DNA of 64,000 bases from an uncultured Bdellovibrionales bacterium. GTDB taxonomy: Bacteria; Patescibacteriota; Minisyncoccia; Moranbacterales; GWC2-37-73. Where the stretch lies: NCBI GenBank assembly GCA_964609855.1, contig CAZSTB010000006.1:365-64364 (forward strand), given 5' to 3'. Positions within the stretch are counted from its first letter, which is position 1. Every line of letters starts with the position of its first letter. Positions 37,126 to 46,547 of the stretch are shown here, piece after piece. A program made the position numbers and the translations under genes. Under the pieces are notes generated by a model that saw only the letters and a program-made list of their open reading frames with translations, searched no databases and was not told where the DNA came from.

Positions 37126-39119
37126 TATCTATGGACTTTAATTTTGCGCAAAACAATTCAGCATCTCAAAAAACTGGTTCCTTGGAGCAGTCTTTTGTCG
37201 GCGTTGTGGAGAATGAAAAACAACGACTGGCGACTGGATATGCAGCTGTTGTTGAAGAAATTCAAGCAAAAAGAAACAAGGAAAATGCAGGTGCGCAAAT
37301 ATTTCCCGCTTCAGTTGCATCTTTACATCCTGATGTTGTTGATTTTTTACTAAATTTTGATTTGGTTTCAGTTTATGATGATATCGCCAAACAAAACAAC
37401 TTGGATGAGAAAGGCCGCAGTAGCTTGCCGCAAATAGTTTGGAAGCTTGTTAGAGAAGGAAATTGGAACGCCTTGGATGAAACGTTAGAAGCTAAAATTC
37501 CCTTGGTGCATTCCGTACATGTAAATGTCGCTAACCTTTTGCAGCAAAATATTTTAGCAAAAGTGAAAGCTCTGTCTGAAAAACCGGTTTCCAGAAAAGG
37601 TATTATCAGCGAAGCTACGAAGAAAATCGTAAGCATTCCGCTGAAGAAAGCTTTGCTTGATTATCCGAAACTTGGAGAGCAAAATGTGACAATCAGTCAG
37701 ATTGAGCTGAAATATTTTCCTACGCCTGTCAGGCCTTCGATTAAGAATTGGATTACAGACTTTCATGATCAGATGGGGGCAATTAAACATTCTCCAATTG
37801 ATCGCGGAAACTATTTGTTCCACAGCGAAAATGGAAAAAAACTTACCTCTCTGGAGCGGCAGAAGCTTTCAATGATTTTGAAAAGTTTAGATGAAGATAC
37901 GAATCTGGATATTGATGCTGAAGCGCAAGTCCTTATATTTGAAATAGAAAAACCGCAAATAAATCCAGTGGCGAATGATCGATATAAAACTGTGGTGAGT
38001 GATAATTTTACTGATGTGCAGAAAAACGTTCCAGCTGAACAGTTAATAAGTCGACCAGTATTGGATTTTGGACAAAGGCAGCAAACTATTGAGCAGGAAA
38101 AGCAGTCTGAAATAGAAAATAGTGAGGAATTACTAAAATCCCGCGAAGAAAAATTGAATAATCTTGGTAAATTTTTTGGCGAAAAAGCTGGCTTGCAGCC
38201 AGAAGTAAAAACGCCTGCGGATGATAACTTAGAACAGGTAGCTAAACCGCAAGTCAAGCCGTTGTCGTCAGAGCAGGCTACAGGCGGCCTTAAGGCTGCG
38301 TTAAATTTCTTTAAATTAAATAAAGTTAAAAATTCCAAATCGGAAGAAAGAGAAAACCAAGTTCCAACTGCGGAAATTATGCAAAAGGATTTATTCAAGT
38401 TGCCAACCTCGAAGCCGCAATTGGGGACTGAAGAATATAATGTAAGAAAAAGTTTTGTTGAGCAGAGTAATGTGGAAGAAAAAAAAGCTCAAGAGCTGCC
38501 GTTTCAAAGCGATATGATTTCAAATGTTAACAATGTAAAATTTTCAAACAGCGACAATATACATTTTTCATCGCCTCAGAAACTGCCTGCAGAGGAAAAA
38601 TTCGCCGCGCCTGCGAAAATGAGCGCCCCTAATTTTGCCTCCAACAGTATGGCATACGTTAGGCCTACAGCAACTTTCAAAGTTCAAGATGTTCCAGCTG
38701 TAGAGCCAGAAATTGTCACCCCTGCGCCAACTTTAGCAAGTCCGCAAATTAAAGCTGATTACGAGATGGCATCAAATTCAAGGATAAGTTCCACCTTGTC
38801 TCCCTCAACTACTATAAGCCGTCCAATTCCAGCTCCAATTCCAACTCCTATATCGGCGCCAATTCAGCAAGTAACTTCAATGACTGAACCAGTAGTTTCT
38901 CCAGTGCCAGTATTTTCTCCGATCGTTGATCTTAAGCGAGACTCAGCGCCAGTCCCCGTTGAAACAACTCAGCAAATTAGCAGCGAAGAGCATTCCATTA
39001 AAAAGGCGACTCCTGCAATCGCAAGAAATCCATTCAGAATCGTTCCAAGAAATTACTCAGAGGGAATTGAAGATGAAAAAATTTCAGCTCCAAAAAATGT
39101 TGTTAATCTAAAAGAATAA
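37122..39119 (+). CDS. hypothetical protein with long Pro/Ser/Thr-rich disordered C-terminus
   Basis: globular N-part (P.RP.IKNWI.D..R.NYLFHSEN...L...ERQKL) then low-complexity tail ending NVVNLK. Confidence 0.75.
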   Translation: MISMDFNFAQNNSASQKTGSLEQSFVGVVENEKQRLATGYAAVVEEIQAKRNKENAGAQIFPASVASLHPDVVDFLLNFDLVSVYDDIAKQNNLDEKGRSSLPQIVWKLVREGNWNALDETLEAKIPLVHSVHVNVANLLQQNILAKVKALSEKPVSRKGIISEATKKIVSIPLKKALLDYPKLGEQNVTISQIELKYFPTPVRPSIKNWITDFHDQMGAIKHSPIDRGNYLFHSENGKKLTSLERQKLSMILKSLDEDTNLDIDAEAQVLIFEIEKPQINPVANDRYKTVVSDNFTDVQKNVPAEQLISRPVLDFGQRQQTIEQEKQSEIENSEELLKSREEKLNNLGKFFGEKAGLQPEVKTPADDNLEQVAKPQVKPLSSEQATGGLKAALNFFKLNKVKNSKSEERENQVPTAEIMQKDLFKLPTSKPQLGTEEYNVRKSFVEQSNVEEKKAQELPFQSDMISNVNNVKFSNSDNIHFSSPQKLPAEEKFAAPAKMSAPNFASNSMAYVRPTATFKVQDVPAVEPEIVTPAPTLASPQIKADYEMASNSRISSTLSPSTTISRPIPAPIPTPISAPIQQVTSMTEPVVSPVPVFSPIVDLKRDSAPVPVETTQQISSEEHSIKKATPAIARNPFRIVPRNYSEGIEDEKISAPKNVVNLKE

Positions 39120-39298
39120 AAGGTATTGTATCCCAGGGCAGAGCTCTGGACTCCCTTGGGCCCACGCAGCCCGTCTCGCCCGAGGCTTTGCCGAGGGGGA
39201 CAGAGCTGTGAGGTGCCTGCCCTGTCTACCGATAGGCAGGCGGTAGGCAGGGAAATGGAATATTAATTTTCATTTCGCTCGCTTCGTTTGATAATAAA
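39117..39298. repeat. diverged inverted copy (copy 3) of the ~140-nt element with nested palindrome insertions
   Basis: begins TAAAAGGTATT and ends TTTCATTTCGCTCGCTTCGTTTGATAATAAA, matching the reverse complement of 13491-13630 and 60682-60821. Confidence 0.75.
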
Positions 39299-39391
39299 AC
39301 AATATCTTTGATTTGAGATTTTTTATCAAGTGTTTGCAAGGGAGAAAATCGACTGCTTGAGCGAGAAAGGTGCTTTAAGTTAAATATAAGA

Positions 39392-39676
39392 TTGGAAAGT
39401 ATGCTTGAATTCATAAATATAGCACAGGCCGGAATTATTAGTGATGCACCCAGTGTTTCGAGTCTGGGAATTAAGATTTTAAATTTTTTGTTGTCAGTAG
39501 TTGGATTTTTTGCTATAATTTCTTTAGTGTTGGCAGGGATAAAATACTTTTTTGCACTTGGTGATAAGAAGCAAATTGAAAATGCAAAAAATGCCGCGAC
39601 GGCTGCCGTTTGGGGAATTGCGCTTGCGATGGGAGGAATGATCCTGATAAGGTTTATTGGACAATTTTTTCAATAG
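39392..39676 (+). CDS. short TrbC/VirB2-like pilin (ATG at 39401 likely)
   Basis: ILNFLL..VG......AGIKY....GD...IE.AK....A..G core. Confidence 0.78.
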   Translation: MESMLEFINIAQAGIISDAPSVSSLGIKILNFLLSVVGFFAIISLVLAGIKYFFALGDKKQIENAKNAATAAVWGIALAMGGMILIRFIGQFFQ

Positions 39677-39754
39677 CACTAGCGAATGATAATATAACGA
39701 GATTTTGGGAAAAAAATATATAAAAAATAAAAACTAGGAAAGGAGGTGTAATTT

Positions 39755-40108
39755 ATGAACATTGTTAAAAAATTTGTATACGGAATCGCTTCAATTATCG
39801 TGGTGTTGCCGACAACCGTGGGAGCTCAACTTCAGACACCTGAAGGAACAGGTCTTCCAGCGGGAAGTGTGATAAATATCATAACCAATGGAATGAATTA
39901 TCTTTTGATTCTCGTTGGTGTTCTTGGAGTTATCGGATTCGTTATCGCTGGTATCATTTATTTGACTGCAGCTGGCGACGAAGATCAGATAGAAAGAGGA
40001 AAGAGAACTATGATCAATTCTATCATTGGAATCATCGTAGCGCTTTTGGGAATCATTGTTTTGACAGCCGTAAAAAGTATGCTTGGGGGAACTGATAAAA
40101 CTTTCTAG
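39755..40108 (+). CDS. TrbC/VirB2-like pilin (probable major pilin)
   Basis: strong AAAGGAGGTG SD; TGLP; AGIIYLTAAGDEDQIERGK....SIIG; own terminator. Confidence 0.85.
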   Translation: MNIVKKFVYGIASIIVVLPTTVGAQLQTPEGTGLPAGSVINIITNGMNYLLILVGVLGVIGFVIAGIIYLTAAGDEDQIERGKRTMINSIIGIIVALLGIIVLTAVKSMLGGTDKTF

Positions 40109-40128
40109 TTCTGCAAGTTACATTTTGT

Positions 40129-40167
40129 ACAAGCAAAAAACAACCTTAAGGGTTGTTTTTTGCTTGC
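40129..40167 (+). terminator. intrinsic terminator
   Basis: CAAGCAAAAAACAACC-ttaag-GGTTGTTTTTTGCTTG. Confidence 0.75.
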
Positions 40168-40328
40168 GTAAAAATTATAAGACCTATATTTATATATACA
40201 CTTTTACTGAAAATATGCTATAATGAATATGAAAATATCTTAAAAATTTATTCTTCCGTTGTTTTTTGATCAGCTACGCTTGCTATTGAATTAGAAAGAT
40301 AGCTTTTGAAAAAAAATAAAAAATAAAA

Positions 40329-40784
40329 ATGAAAGTACAAAATAAGATTCTGTCACTAATTGTTTTCTCATTTGTCTTTTTTGCGCAAGTCCTGCCAGTA
40401 CTTGCTGGTCCAGAATGGAATGCATCAGTCGGGCCAGATGGAAATGTGGGTTTTCAAATAGGTACACAACAGGGTCTTAATGCTCTCAATGGAAATAATG
40501 CTGACGCAGCAATGAATAATCCATATGGCTTGCCGGGTGGAAGTATTTTGGATATAATTTCAAACCTCTTGTTTTGGCTGCTGGCTATTTTTTCCGTACT
40601 AGGAATCATTGGCTTTTTGATTTCTGGAATCTTGTATCTTCTGGCTGGTGCGGATGAGGATAATGCAAAAAAGGGAAAAGAGGGCATGAAAGCTTCAATT
40701 ATTGGAATCATTGTCGGTCTTTCAGGTTATGTTATCATGCAGGCAGTTGGAATATTTTTACGCGGAGATACGACAATGTTCTAA
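40329..40784 (+). CDS. TrbC/VirB2-like pilin
   Basis: signal; YGLP; ISGILYLLAG.DE...KKGK....SIIG. Confidence 0.83.
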   Translation: MKVQNKILSLIVFSFVFFAQVLPVLAGPEWNASVGPDGNVGFQIGTQQGLNALNGNNADAAMNNPYGLPGGSILDIISNLLFWLLAIFSVLGIIGFLISGILYLLAGADEDNAKKGKEGMKASIIGIIVGLSGYVIMQAVGIFLRGDTTMF

Positions 40785-40840
40785 AGTAGATTGATTAGGT
40801 TTGATTTAGATAAATACAGTAATCAGTTTTTATAACAAAA

Positions 40841-41710
40841 ATGAAAAATAAAAGCGCATATTTATTTGTTGGCATTTTCCTATTCTCAGGCTTACTTTTT
40901 TTTGGAGAAAGTGAAAAAGCTAACGCTCAAGCATTTTCTGGATCATATTCATACTCTGAATGCAAAAGTGATGGTGGAAGTGAGGCGTATTGCAGTCAAT
41001 TTAGCGGTGCACCTCAATCTTCCACAAATATCAGCAATGCATCCGCAGGAAGTTGCCGTTTCAATAGTGATTGCGGAAATAATTTTACGTGTTATCAGGA
41101 TACCTGTATGGATGATGCAACCTATCAGGAAAATGTTTCTTGGATTAATCGTACTGGTAACGCCGTGTCGCAGGTACTAACTCCTGGTGGGTCAATATTT
41201 GATGATGGTACGAATTCTACCTCTTCTTCATCAGGTGGGGAGCTAACGATGATTGCTTATGATATTAATGGTAACCCTGTTTTTGATCCTGACCAATATG
41301 CTGGAGCAGGAAATACGAATTCTAATATTGTTAACAATAACAACAACAGTAATAATACTGGATCCGGCAATACTAACGGAATTCAAACAGCAAAATGCAG
41401 CGGGGCAAATTTTACGGAAATCGGGGGAATCTGTTTTCCTGTAGACACAGGCATGCCGAATCCAGAATTCGGAATAGTCCAGATTATTGGCAATCTCTTT
41501 TCCTGGTTAATGGGTTTATTTTCCGTGCTTTCCTTGGCGGCTTTTGTGATATCCGGAATTCAGTATGTCACATCCGCTGGAGATTCTGGCCAAGCAGAGA
41601 CTGCTAAAAAGAACGCCCTAAATGCTGTTTTAGGAATTATTGTGGGTTTCTCTGGTTTTGTTATTGTTCAAGCTGTGAATTATGCACTAGAGGGGCAAGG
41701 TTTCTTTTAA
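40841..41710 (+). CDS. pilin with Cys-containing, Asn/Ser-rich head
   Basis: signal; C..NSDC..NF.C....C module; C...F....G.CFP..TG.P; SGIQYVTSAGD...E.AKKNA core. Confidence 0.83.
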   Translation: MKNKSAYLFVGIFLFSGLLFFGESEKANAQAFSGSYSYSECKSDGGSEAYCSQFSGAPQSSTNISNASAGSCRFNSDCGNNFTCYQDTCMDDATYQENVSWINRTGNAVSQVLTPGGSIFDDGTNSTSSSSGGELTMIAYDINGNPVFDPDQYAGAGNTNSNIVNNNNNSNNTGSGNTNGIQTAKCSGANFTEIGGICFPVDTGMPNPEFGIVQIIGNLFSWLMGLFSVLSLAAFVISGIQYVTSAGDSGQAETAKKNALNAVLGIIVGFSGFVIVQAVNYALEGQGFF

Positions 41711-41734
41711 GATAGTTTTTATTGGAAGAATTTT

Positions 41735-42616
41735 ATGAAATTAAAAAAACTTTTATTTCTTAGCTTATTTCTTAGCTTATTTTTTGTTGGAAATGGCGTA
41801 GAAGCCGTAACTGAGTGCGAAACCGCCGGCGGAATTTGCAGTATTTTTTCGAATATGACTTGCGAATCCAGGCATTTATTGGGAAAGGAAGATATGGTAA
41901 CCACAAATCTCTCGTGCAACAATAGTGCAGCAAGTTGTTGCATGCCAAAAGTTGCCACTCCTGCAATAACAGCACCAGTTACAACACCAACCACACCAAC
42001 TACAACTCCAGTTACAACCCCAGTTACAGCCCCAACCATTAACACTCCAACTACAAATACCCCAACTGTTAATCCTCCAGTTACGGCTAATGCAAATGCT
42101 TGTTCAGATCTTGAGTATTTAGGTCGCGATGGAAATTGTTATCCCAAGGAGAATCTAAATATAGAAAATGGCAATTTATGTTCCGATATTGAGTATCTAG
42201 GTCTCGACGGAAATTGCTACCCAAGGGAAAACTTAAACATTGTAAATGAAAATAATAACACTTTCCCCGGTGTGCCTAGTGGCGGCGCTCAGACTGCCAA
42301 ATGCGGCAATGGCTTCTATGAGAAAGGAAATGTTTGTTTTCCAACACAAACGGGACTGCCAAGTCCAGAAAACGGTGTAGTTCAAATTCTCAGTAACCTT
42401 TTTTCCTGGTTAATGGGTTTATTTACCATACTTTCGTTGGCAGCTTTCACGGTTTCTGGCATTCAATATGTAATTTCTGCTGGAGATTCAGGTTTGGCTG
42501 AAACTGCCAAGAAAAACGCAGTCAATTCAATTATTGGAATTGCAGTGGGACTTTCTGGATTTATCATCGTACGGGCCATAAATGCGGCACTTACTGGGCA
42601 GGGTTTTTTCTTTTAG
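41735..42616 (+). CDS. pilin with six-Cys head, Thr/Pro linker and CSD.EYLG.DGNCYP repeats
   Basis: CETAGGIC...C...C....CC; PT-rich linker; two 21-aa repeats; core paralogous to 40841-41710. Confidence 0.83.
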   Translation: MKLKKLLFLSLFLSLFFVGNGVEAVTECETAGGICSIFSNMTCESRHLLGKEDMVTTNLSCNNSAASCCMPKVATPAITAPVTTPTTPTTTPVTTPVTAPTINTPTTNTPTVNPPVTANANACSDLEYLGRDGNCYPKENLNIENGNLCSDIEYLGLDGNCYPRENLNIVNENNNTFPGVPSGGAQTAKCGNGFYEKGNVCFPTQTGLPSPENGVVQILSNLFSWLMGLFTILSLAAFTVSGIQYVISAGDSGLAETAKKNAVNSIIGIAVGLSGFIIVRAINAALTGQGFFF

Positions 42617-42619
42617 CGA

Positions 42620-42700
42620 TTGACTTTGAAACAAAAACGTGCTAAACTACGTATAGATAGATGAGAGTATGGATTCGCTGGAAAGCGAATCTTTTTCTTT
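42620..42700 (+). promoter_or_regulatory. nusA promoter and leader terminator-like hairpin
   Basis: TTGACT-17-TAAACT; GGATTCGCT-ggaa-AGCGAATCT followed by T tract. Confidence 0.6.
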
Positions 42701-42831
42701 TAAAATCTCCCATTTAATGAGCTTATCATCGGATTATCTGCCGAAATTACGCTCAAAAGGGGAATAAAAATTTAATATGTTGTCTTTTAAACTTCGGCTT
42801 TCGGGCTGGATTAAATAAGACACGAAAAATT

Positions 42832-44049
42832 ATGGTAGCAAAGAAAAAAGTGGCTGAAGAAAGCCAGGAGCAAGGAACTAGACTAGGGGAATTTGGAAGT
42901 GCAATCATGCAGATTGCTGAAGAAAAGGGTATACCTAAAAATGTGGTTATTGAGACTATTGAAGCTGCTCTTGCTGCAGCATATAAGAAAGATTACGGTA
43001 AAAGAGGTCAAAGAATTCGGGCAGAATTCCAGGAAGTCGGTGGAAATACTAAATTCTTCCTTATTAAAGATGTTGTTGATGAAACCCTGAGGGAATTTGT
43101 TGAGGGAGAAGAGGAAGATGAAGAGATTGAGCTTCCCGAAGAAGCTGGAGATGATGAAAAATTACCTCGCTACAATCCAGAAAGAGATATTTTGCTGGAT
43201 GAAGCCAAAAAACTTAAAAAAGATGCAAAAATCGGAGATATAATTGAAATTGAACTTGAGCCACAAACCGAGTATGGTCGCGTGGCTGCTCAGACTGCCA
43301 AGCAGGTCATTATTCAACGTATTCGCGAAGCTGAACGTGATTCTATGTTTTCTGAATACAAAGGAAAAGAAGGAGAAGTGATGAGCGGAACTGTGCAAAG
43401 AATTGAGGGTAGAAACACTTATATCGACCTTGGAAAATCTGTAGGAGTTTTGTTCCCATCCGAGCAAGCTCCAGGCGAAATGCTTAGAATGGGGCAGCGC
43501 GTAAAAGTTTATCTTTACAAGGTTGAATCAGATCCTAAAGGTCCTGGAATTACTTTGAGCCGAACTCATCCTGACATGGTTCGTAAACTTTTTGAATTGG
43601 AAGTTCCTGAAATCTTTGCTGGTACTGTCGAAATCAAGTCAATCGCAAGAGAAGCTGGATCTCGCACAAAGATGGCGGTTTTTTCTAGCGAAGAGGGAAT
43701 TGATCCGATTGGTTCATGTGTTGGGCAAAAAGGGACTCGCGTGCAAGCTGTAATTGAAGAACTTGGCGGAGAAAAGATTGATATCATTGAATGGAGCGAA
43801 AAACCAGAAAAATATATTGCTGCTGCAATCAGTCCAGCAAAAGTACTTTCTGTTGAACTAAATACTGACAGAAAAGAGGCTAAGGCGACTGTGCCAGAAG
43901 ATCAGCTTTCACTAGCGATAGGCAAACAAGGTCAGAATGTGCGCTTGGCTGCAAAATTGACTGGTTGGAAGATCGACGTTATCGGCGCAAAAGTTGAGCC
44001 TAAAAAGGAAACTGAAGCTGAGGCACTGGAAACAGAAGTAACTGAATAG
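42832..44049 (+). CDS. nusA: transcription termination factor NusA
   Basis: GRVAAQTAKQVI.Q.IREAER, LSRT.P, EVPEI, AREAG.RTK, GEKIDII, LAIGK.GQNVRLA. Confidence 0.97.
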   Translation: MVAKKKVAEESQEQGTRLGEFGSAIMQIAEEKGIPKNVVIETIEAALAAAYKKDYGKRGQRIRAEFQEVGGNTKFFLIKDVVDETLREFVEGEEEDEEIELPEEAGDDEKLPRYNPERDILLDEAKKLKKDAKIGDIIEIELEPQTEYGRVAAQTAKQVIIQRIREAERDSMFSEYKGKEGEVMSGTVQRIEGRNTYIDLGKSVGVLFPSEQAPGEMLRMGQRVKVYLYKVESDPKGPGITLSRTHPDMVRKLFELEVPEIFAGTVEIKSIAREAGSRTKMAVFSSEEGIDPIGSCVGQKGTRVQAVIEELGGEKIDIIEWSEKPEKYIAAAISPAKVLSVELNTDRKEAKATVPEDQLSLAIGKQGQNVRLAAKLTGWKIDVIGAKVEPKKETEAEALETEVTE

Positions 44050-44128
44050 TCAGCTTATAAATTGTCAGTCGCTCTGAAAAATGAGTGACTGATATATTTA
44101 ATTTTTTATCCATTTATCAAACAAATAT

Positions 44129-45058
44129 ATGGGAAAAGTTATTATTGTCGGACATAAAAATCCGGATACGGATTCGATAATCTCAGCTTTGGGAGCTGTG
44201 GAATACTTTGATAAAGTTTTGGGAAAAGAAGCAAAAGCCTTTCGTGCAGGACAGCTTAATAATGAAACAAAATTTATTTTGGAATATTTCGGCGTGGAAA
44301 CACCTGATCTTATAAATTCATTAGAAGCTGATAGTAGCGTTGCTTTAGTGGATCATAATGAGAAATCGCAGGTTTTTGATCAGCTGGATTTCAGCAGTGT
44401 TGACTATATTTTTGATCACCATAAATTAAGTGTAACGACAGAAAAACCGATTTCTTGTCGCATGGAACCCATTGGAAGTACATCTTCGCTGATTGCAAAA
44501 ATGCTTTTTGAGAAATCCGTAGCTCCATCTGCCGAAGTTGCGCCACTTCTCTTGGCTGGGATATTGTCAGATACTTTGAATCTTGTGTCGCCGACAACTA
44601 CTGCGGAAGATAAAGAATTGGTGGAAAAGCTTAATGCGATAGCAAAAATAGATATCGCTGATTTTGTCTCACAAATGTTTAAGGCTAAATCAAGTCTCGA
44701 AGGAATCTCCATCGAAGAAATCATTTCAATAGATTTCAAACCTTTTGAAATGGGAAAAAGTCTGGTTGGCGTCGGAACCTGGGAAACAACTGATAGTGAA
44801 AGTGTAAATTCCAAAAAGGATGAGATTATTAAAGCGTTGCTTGCAAAAAAACAGGCAGATAAGATGGACTTCATGTTTTTCATGGTTGTCGATATCATTG
44901 CTCAAAATTGCGAGCTGTATATTATCGGTGAAGCTGAAAAAGTTTTAGCTGAAAAAGTTTTTGGTGGACAGATAGAAAGCCAAAGCATGTTTTTGCCAGG
45001 TGTCGTTTCCAGGAAAAAACAGATTATTCCTCAATTGACTGAAGAATTAAGTAAATAA
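44129..45058 (+). CDS. ppaC: Mn-dependent inorganic pyrophosphatase
   Basis: GHKNPDTDS, LVDHNE, DHH, ILSDT, SRKKQI.P. Confidence 0.95.
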   Translation: MGKVIIVGHKNPDTDSIISALGAVEYFDKVLGKEAKAFRAGQLNNETKFILEYFGVETPDLINSLEADSSVALVDHNEKSQVFDQLDFSSVDYIFDHHKLSVTTEKPISCRMEPIGSTSSLIAKMLFEKSVAPSAEVAPLLLAGILSDTLNLVSPTTTAEDKELVEKLNAIAKIDIADFVSQMFKAKSSLEGISIEEIISIDFKPFEMGKSLVGVGTWETTDSESVNSKKDEIIKALLAKKQADKMDFMFFMVVDIIAQNCELYIIGEAEKVLAEKVFGGQIESQSMFLPGVVSRKKQIIPQLTEELSK

Positions 45059-45154
45059 GATTTCAATAATTAGTTTTAAATTTTTCAATCCGTCAGCAGT
45101 AACAGTCAGCAATTTTTGATGGCAGTTTACTGATTACCGATGAGCGCTTAAGTT

Positions 45155-46450
45155 ATGATAAATTCTGAAGTTAAAAAAATGCCTGAGTCTCAAGTTGAAG
45201 TTAGCGTGACCGTTTCTTGGGATGAATGGAAAAAATACTTGGATCTTGCAGCAGCAGATTTTTCAAAGGAAATTAAAATCCAAGGATTTCGCGGGGGAAA
45301 AGCTCCTCGCGATATGGTTGAAAAGAAAGTTGGAACCGCTGCACTATTAGATGCTGCCGCTCAAAAAGCTGTGCAGGCAACTTATCCAAAAGTATTAGCT
45401 GAAAAGAAAATTGAAGCTATTGGAGCTCCGAAAGCTGAAATTGTAAAATTGGCTGAAGGGAACGACTTGGAATACAAAGTTTTGACAGCGACTGTGCCGG
45501 TGGCAACTTTAAAGCCTTGGAAAAGTGCTGCTCAAAAAATTAATAAGGAATATGCCAAAAAGTCCTTGGAAGTTACCGCTGAAGAGGTGGAAAAGGAAAT
45601 TCAAGAAATTGCAAAGAGTCGTGTTCAGCATGTAACTGTTGAAAGAGCAGCTCAAAATGAGGACAATGTGATTTTGGACTTCGAAGTTAAGCAAAGCGGC
45701 GTACCGATTGAAAACGGTTCCAGTAAAAATCACCCGATGATTTTAGGAAGAGGAGTTTTCATTCCCGGTTTTGAGGAGCAGGTTGTTGGAATGAAAGCTG
45801 GCGAAATTAAAGATTTTGAGTTAACTTTTCCGAAAGATTATCACGCAAATGGATTAGCAGGAAAGCCTGCGCAATTTACGGTCACTGTTAACACGGTCCA
45901 AGAAAGAAAGACACCGGATGTTACCGATGAATTTGCACGTTCACTTGGAAAATTCAAAGATCTAGAGGATATGCGCAAAAATGTGAAAGAAGGAATGGAA
46001 TCCGAGAAAAAAGCTGAAACCAAGGAAAAGCAGCGCGCCGAACTTATTGACGCTCTGATTGCGGTGACAGAAGTTGAAATTCCTCACGTCCTCATTCATG
46101 AAGAACTTCATAAGATGATCGGTGAATTTGAGATGCAGCTTCAAGGAATGAACATGACTTTTGAACAATATTTGACTCAAATCGGAAAGACTGTTGATGA
46201 GCTTGAAAAAGAATGGGAGCCACAAGCGATTAAGAGAATCAAAGCTGCACTAGCTCTTGAAGAAGTTGCTAAAGAAAATGAAATTGAAATTCCGAATGAA
46301 GAAGTGGAGGCTGAGATGAATAAGACCCTGGCTCAATACAAGAAAGTTCAGGACATAGAAAAGAATATTGATTTAGGAAAATTGTATAGCTATGTAAAGG
46401 GCATGATGCAGAACGAGAAAGTGTTGGAGCTTTTGGAGGGCGTAAAATAA
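45155..46450 (+). CDS. tig: trigger factor
   Basis: GFR.GKAP ribosome-binding motif; FIPGFE.Q.VG, FP.DY...LAGK FKBP domain. Confidence 0.96.
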   Translation: MINSEVKKMPESQVEVSVTVSWDEWKKYLDLAAADFSKEIKIQGFRGGKAPRDMVEKKVGTAALLDAAAQKAVQATYPKVLAEKKIEAIGAPKAEIVKLAEGNDLEYKVLTATVPVATLKPWKSAAQKINKEYAKKSLEVTAEEVEKEIQEIAKSRVQHVTVERAAQNEDNVILDFEVKQSGVPIENGSSKNHPMILGRGVFIPGFEEQVVGMKAGEIKDFELTFPKDYHANGLAGKPAQFTVTVNTVQERKTPDVTDEFARSLGKFKDLEDMRKNVKEGMESEKKAETKEKQRAELIDALIAVTEVEIPHVLIHEELHKMIGEFEMQLQGMNMTFEQYLTQIGKTVDELEKEWEPQAIKRIKAALALEEVAKENEIEIPNEEVEAEMNKTLAQYKKVQDIEKNIDLGKLYSYVKGMMQNEKVLELLEGVK

Positions 46451-46547
46451 AAGGAGCAAAATTAAATAGTTTGACCATGAATAATTAAGAGTCATCAGTA
46501 ATCAGCCATCAATCTTTTTATTGTCGATGACCGATGATGAGTGACTA

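Noticed and set aside
39121-39251. SRP RNA or HDV-like ribozyme
   Set aside because: Lacks the conserved SRP domain IV (CAGG..GGAA..AGCAG) and no HDV pseudoknot could be assembled; better explained as copy 3 of the repeat element.
21131-44898. Long antisense ORFs (e.g. 21131-21634, 37811-38398, 44416-44898)
   Set aside because: They lie opposite well-supported genes and reflect codon bias.
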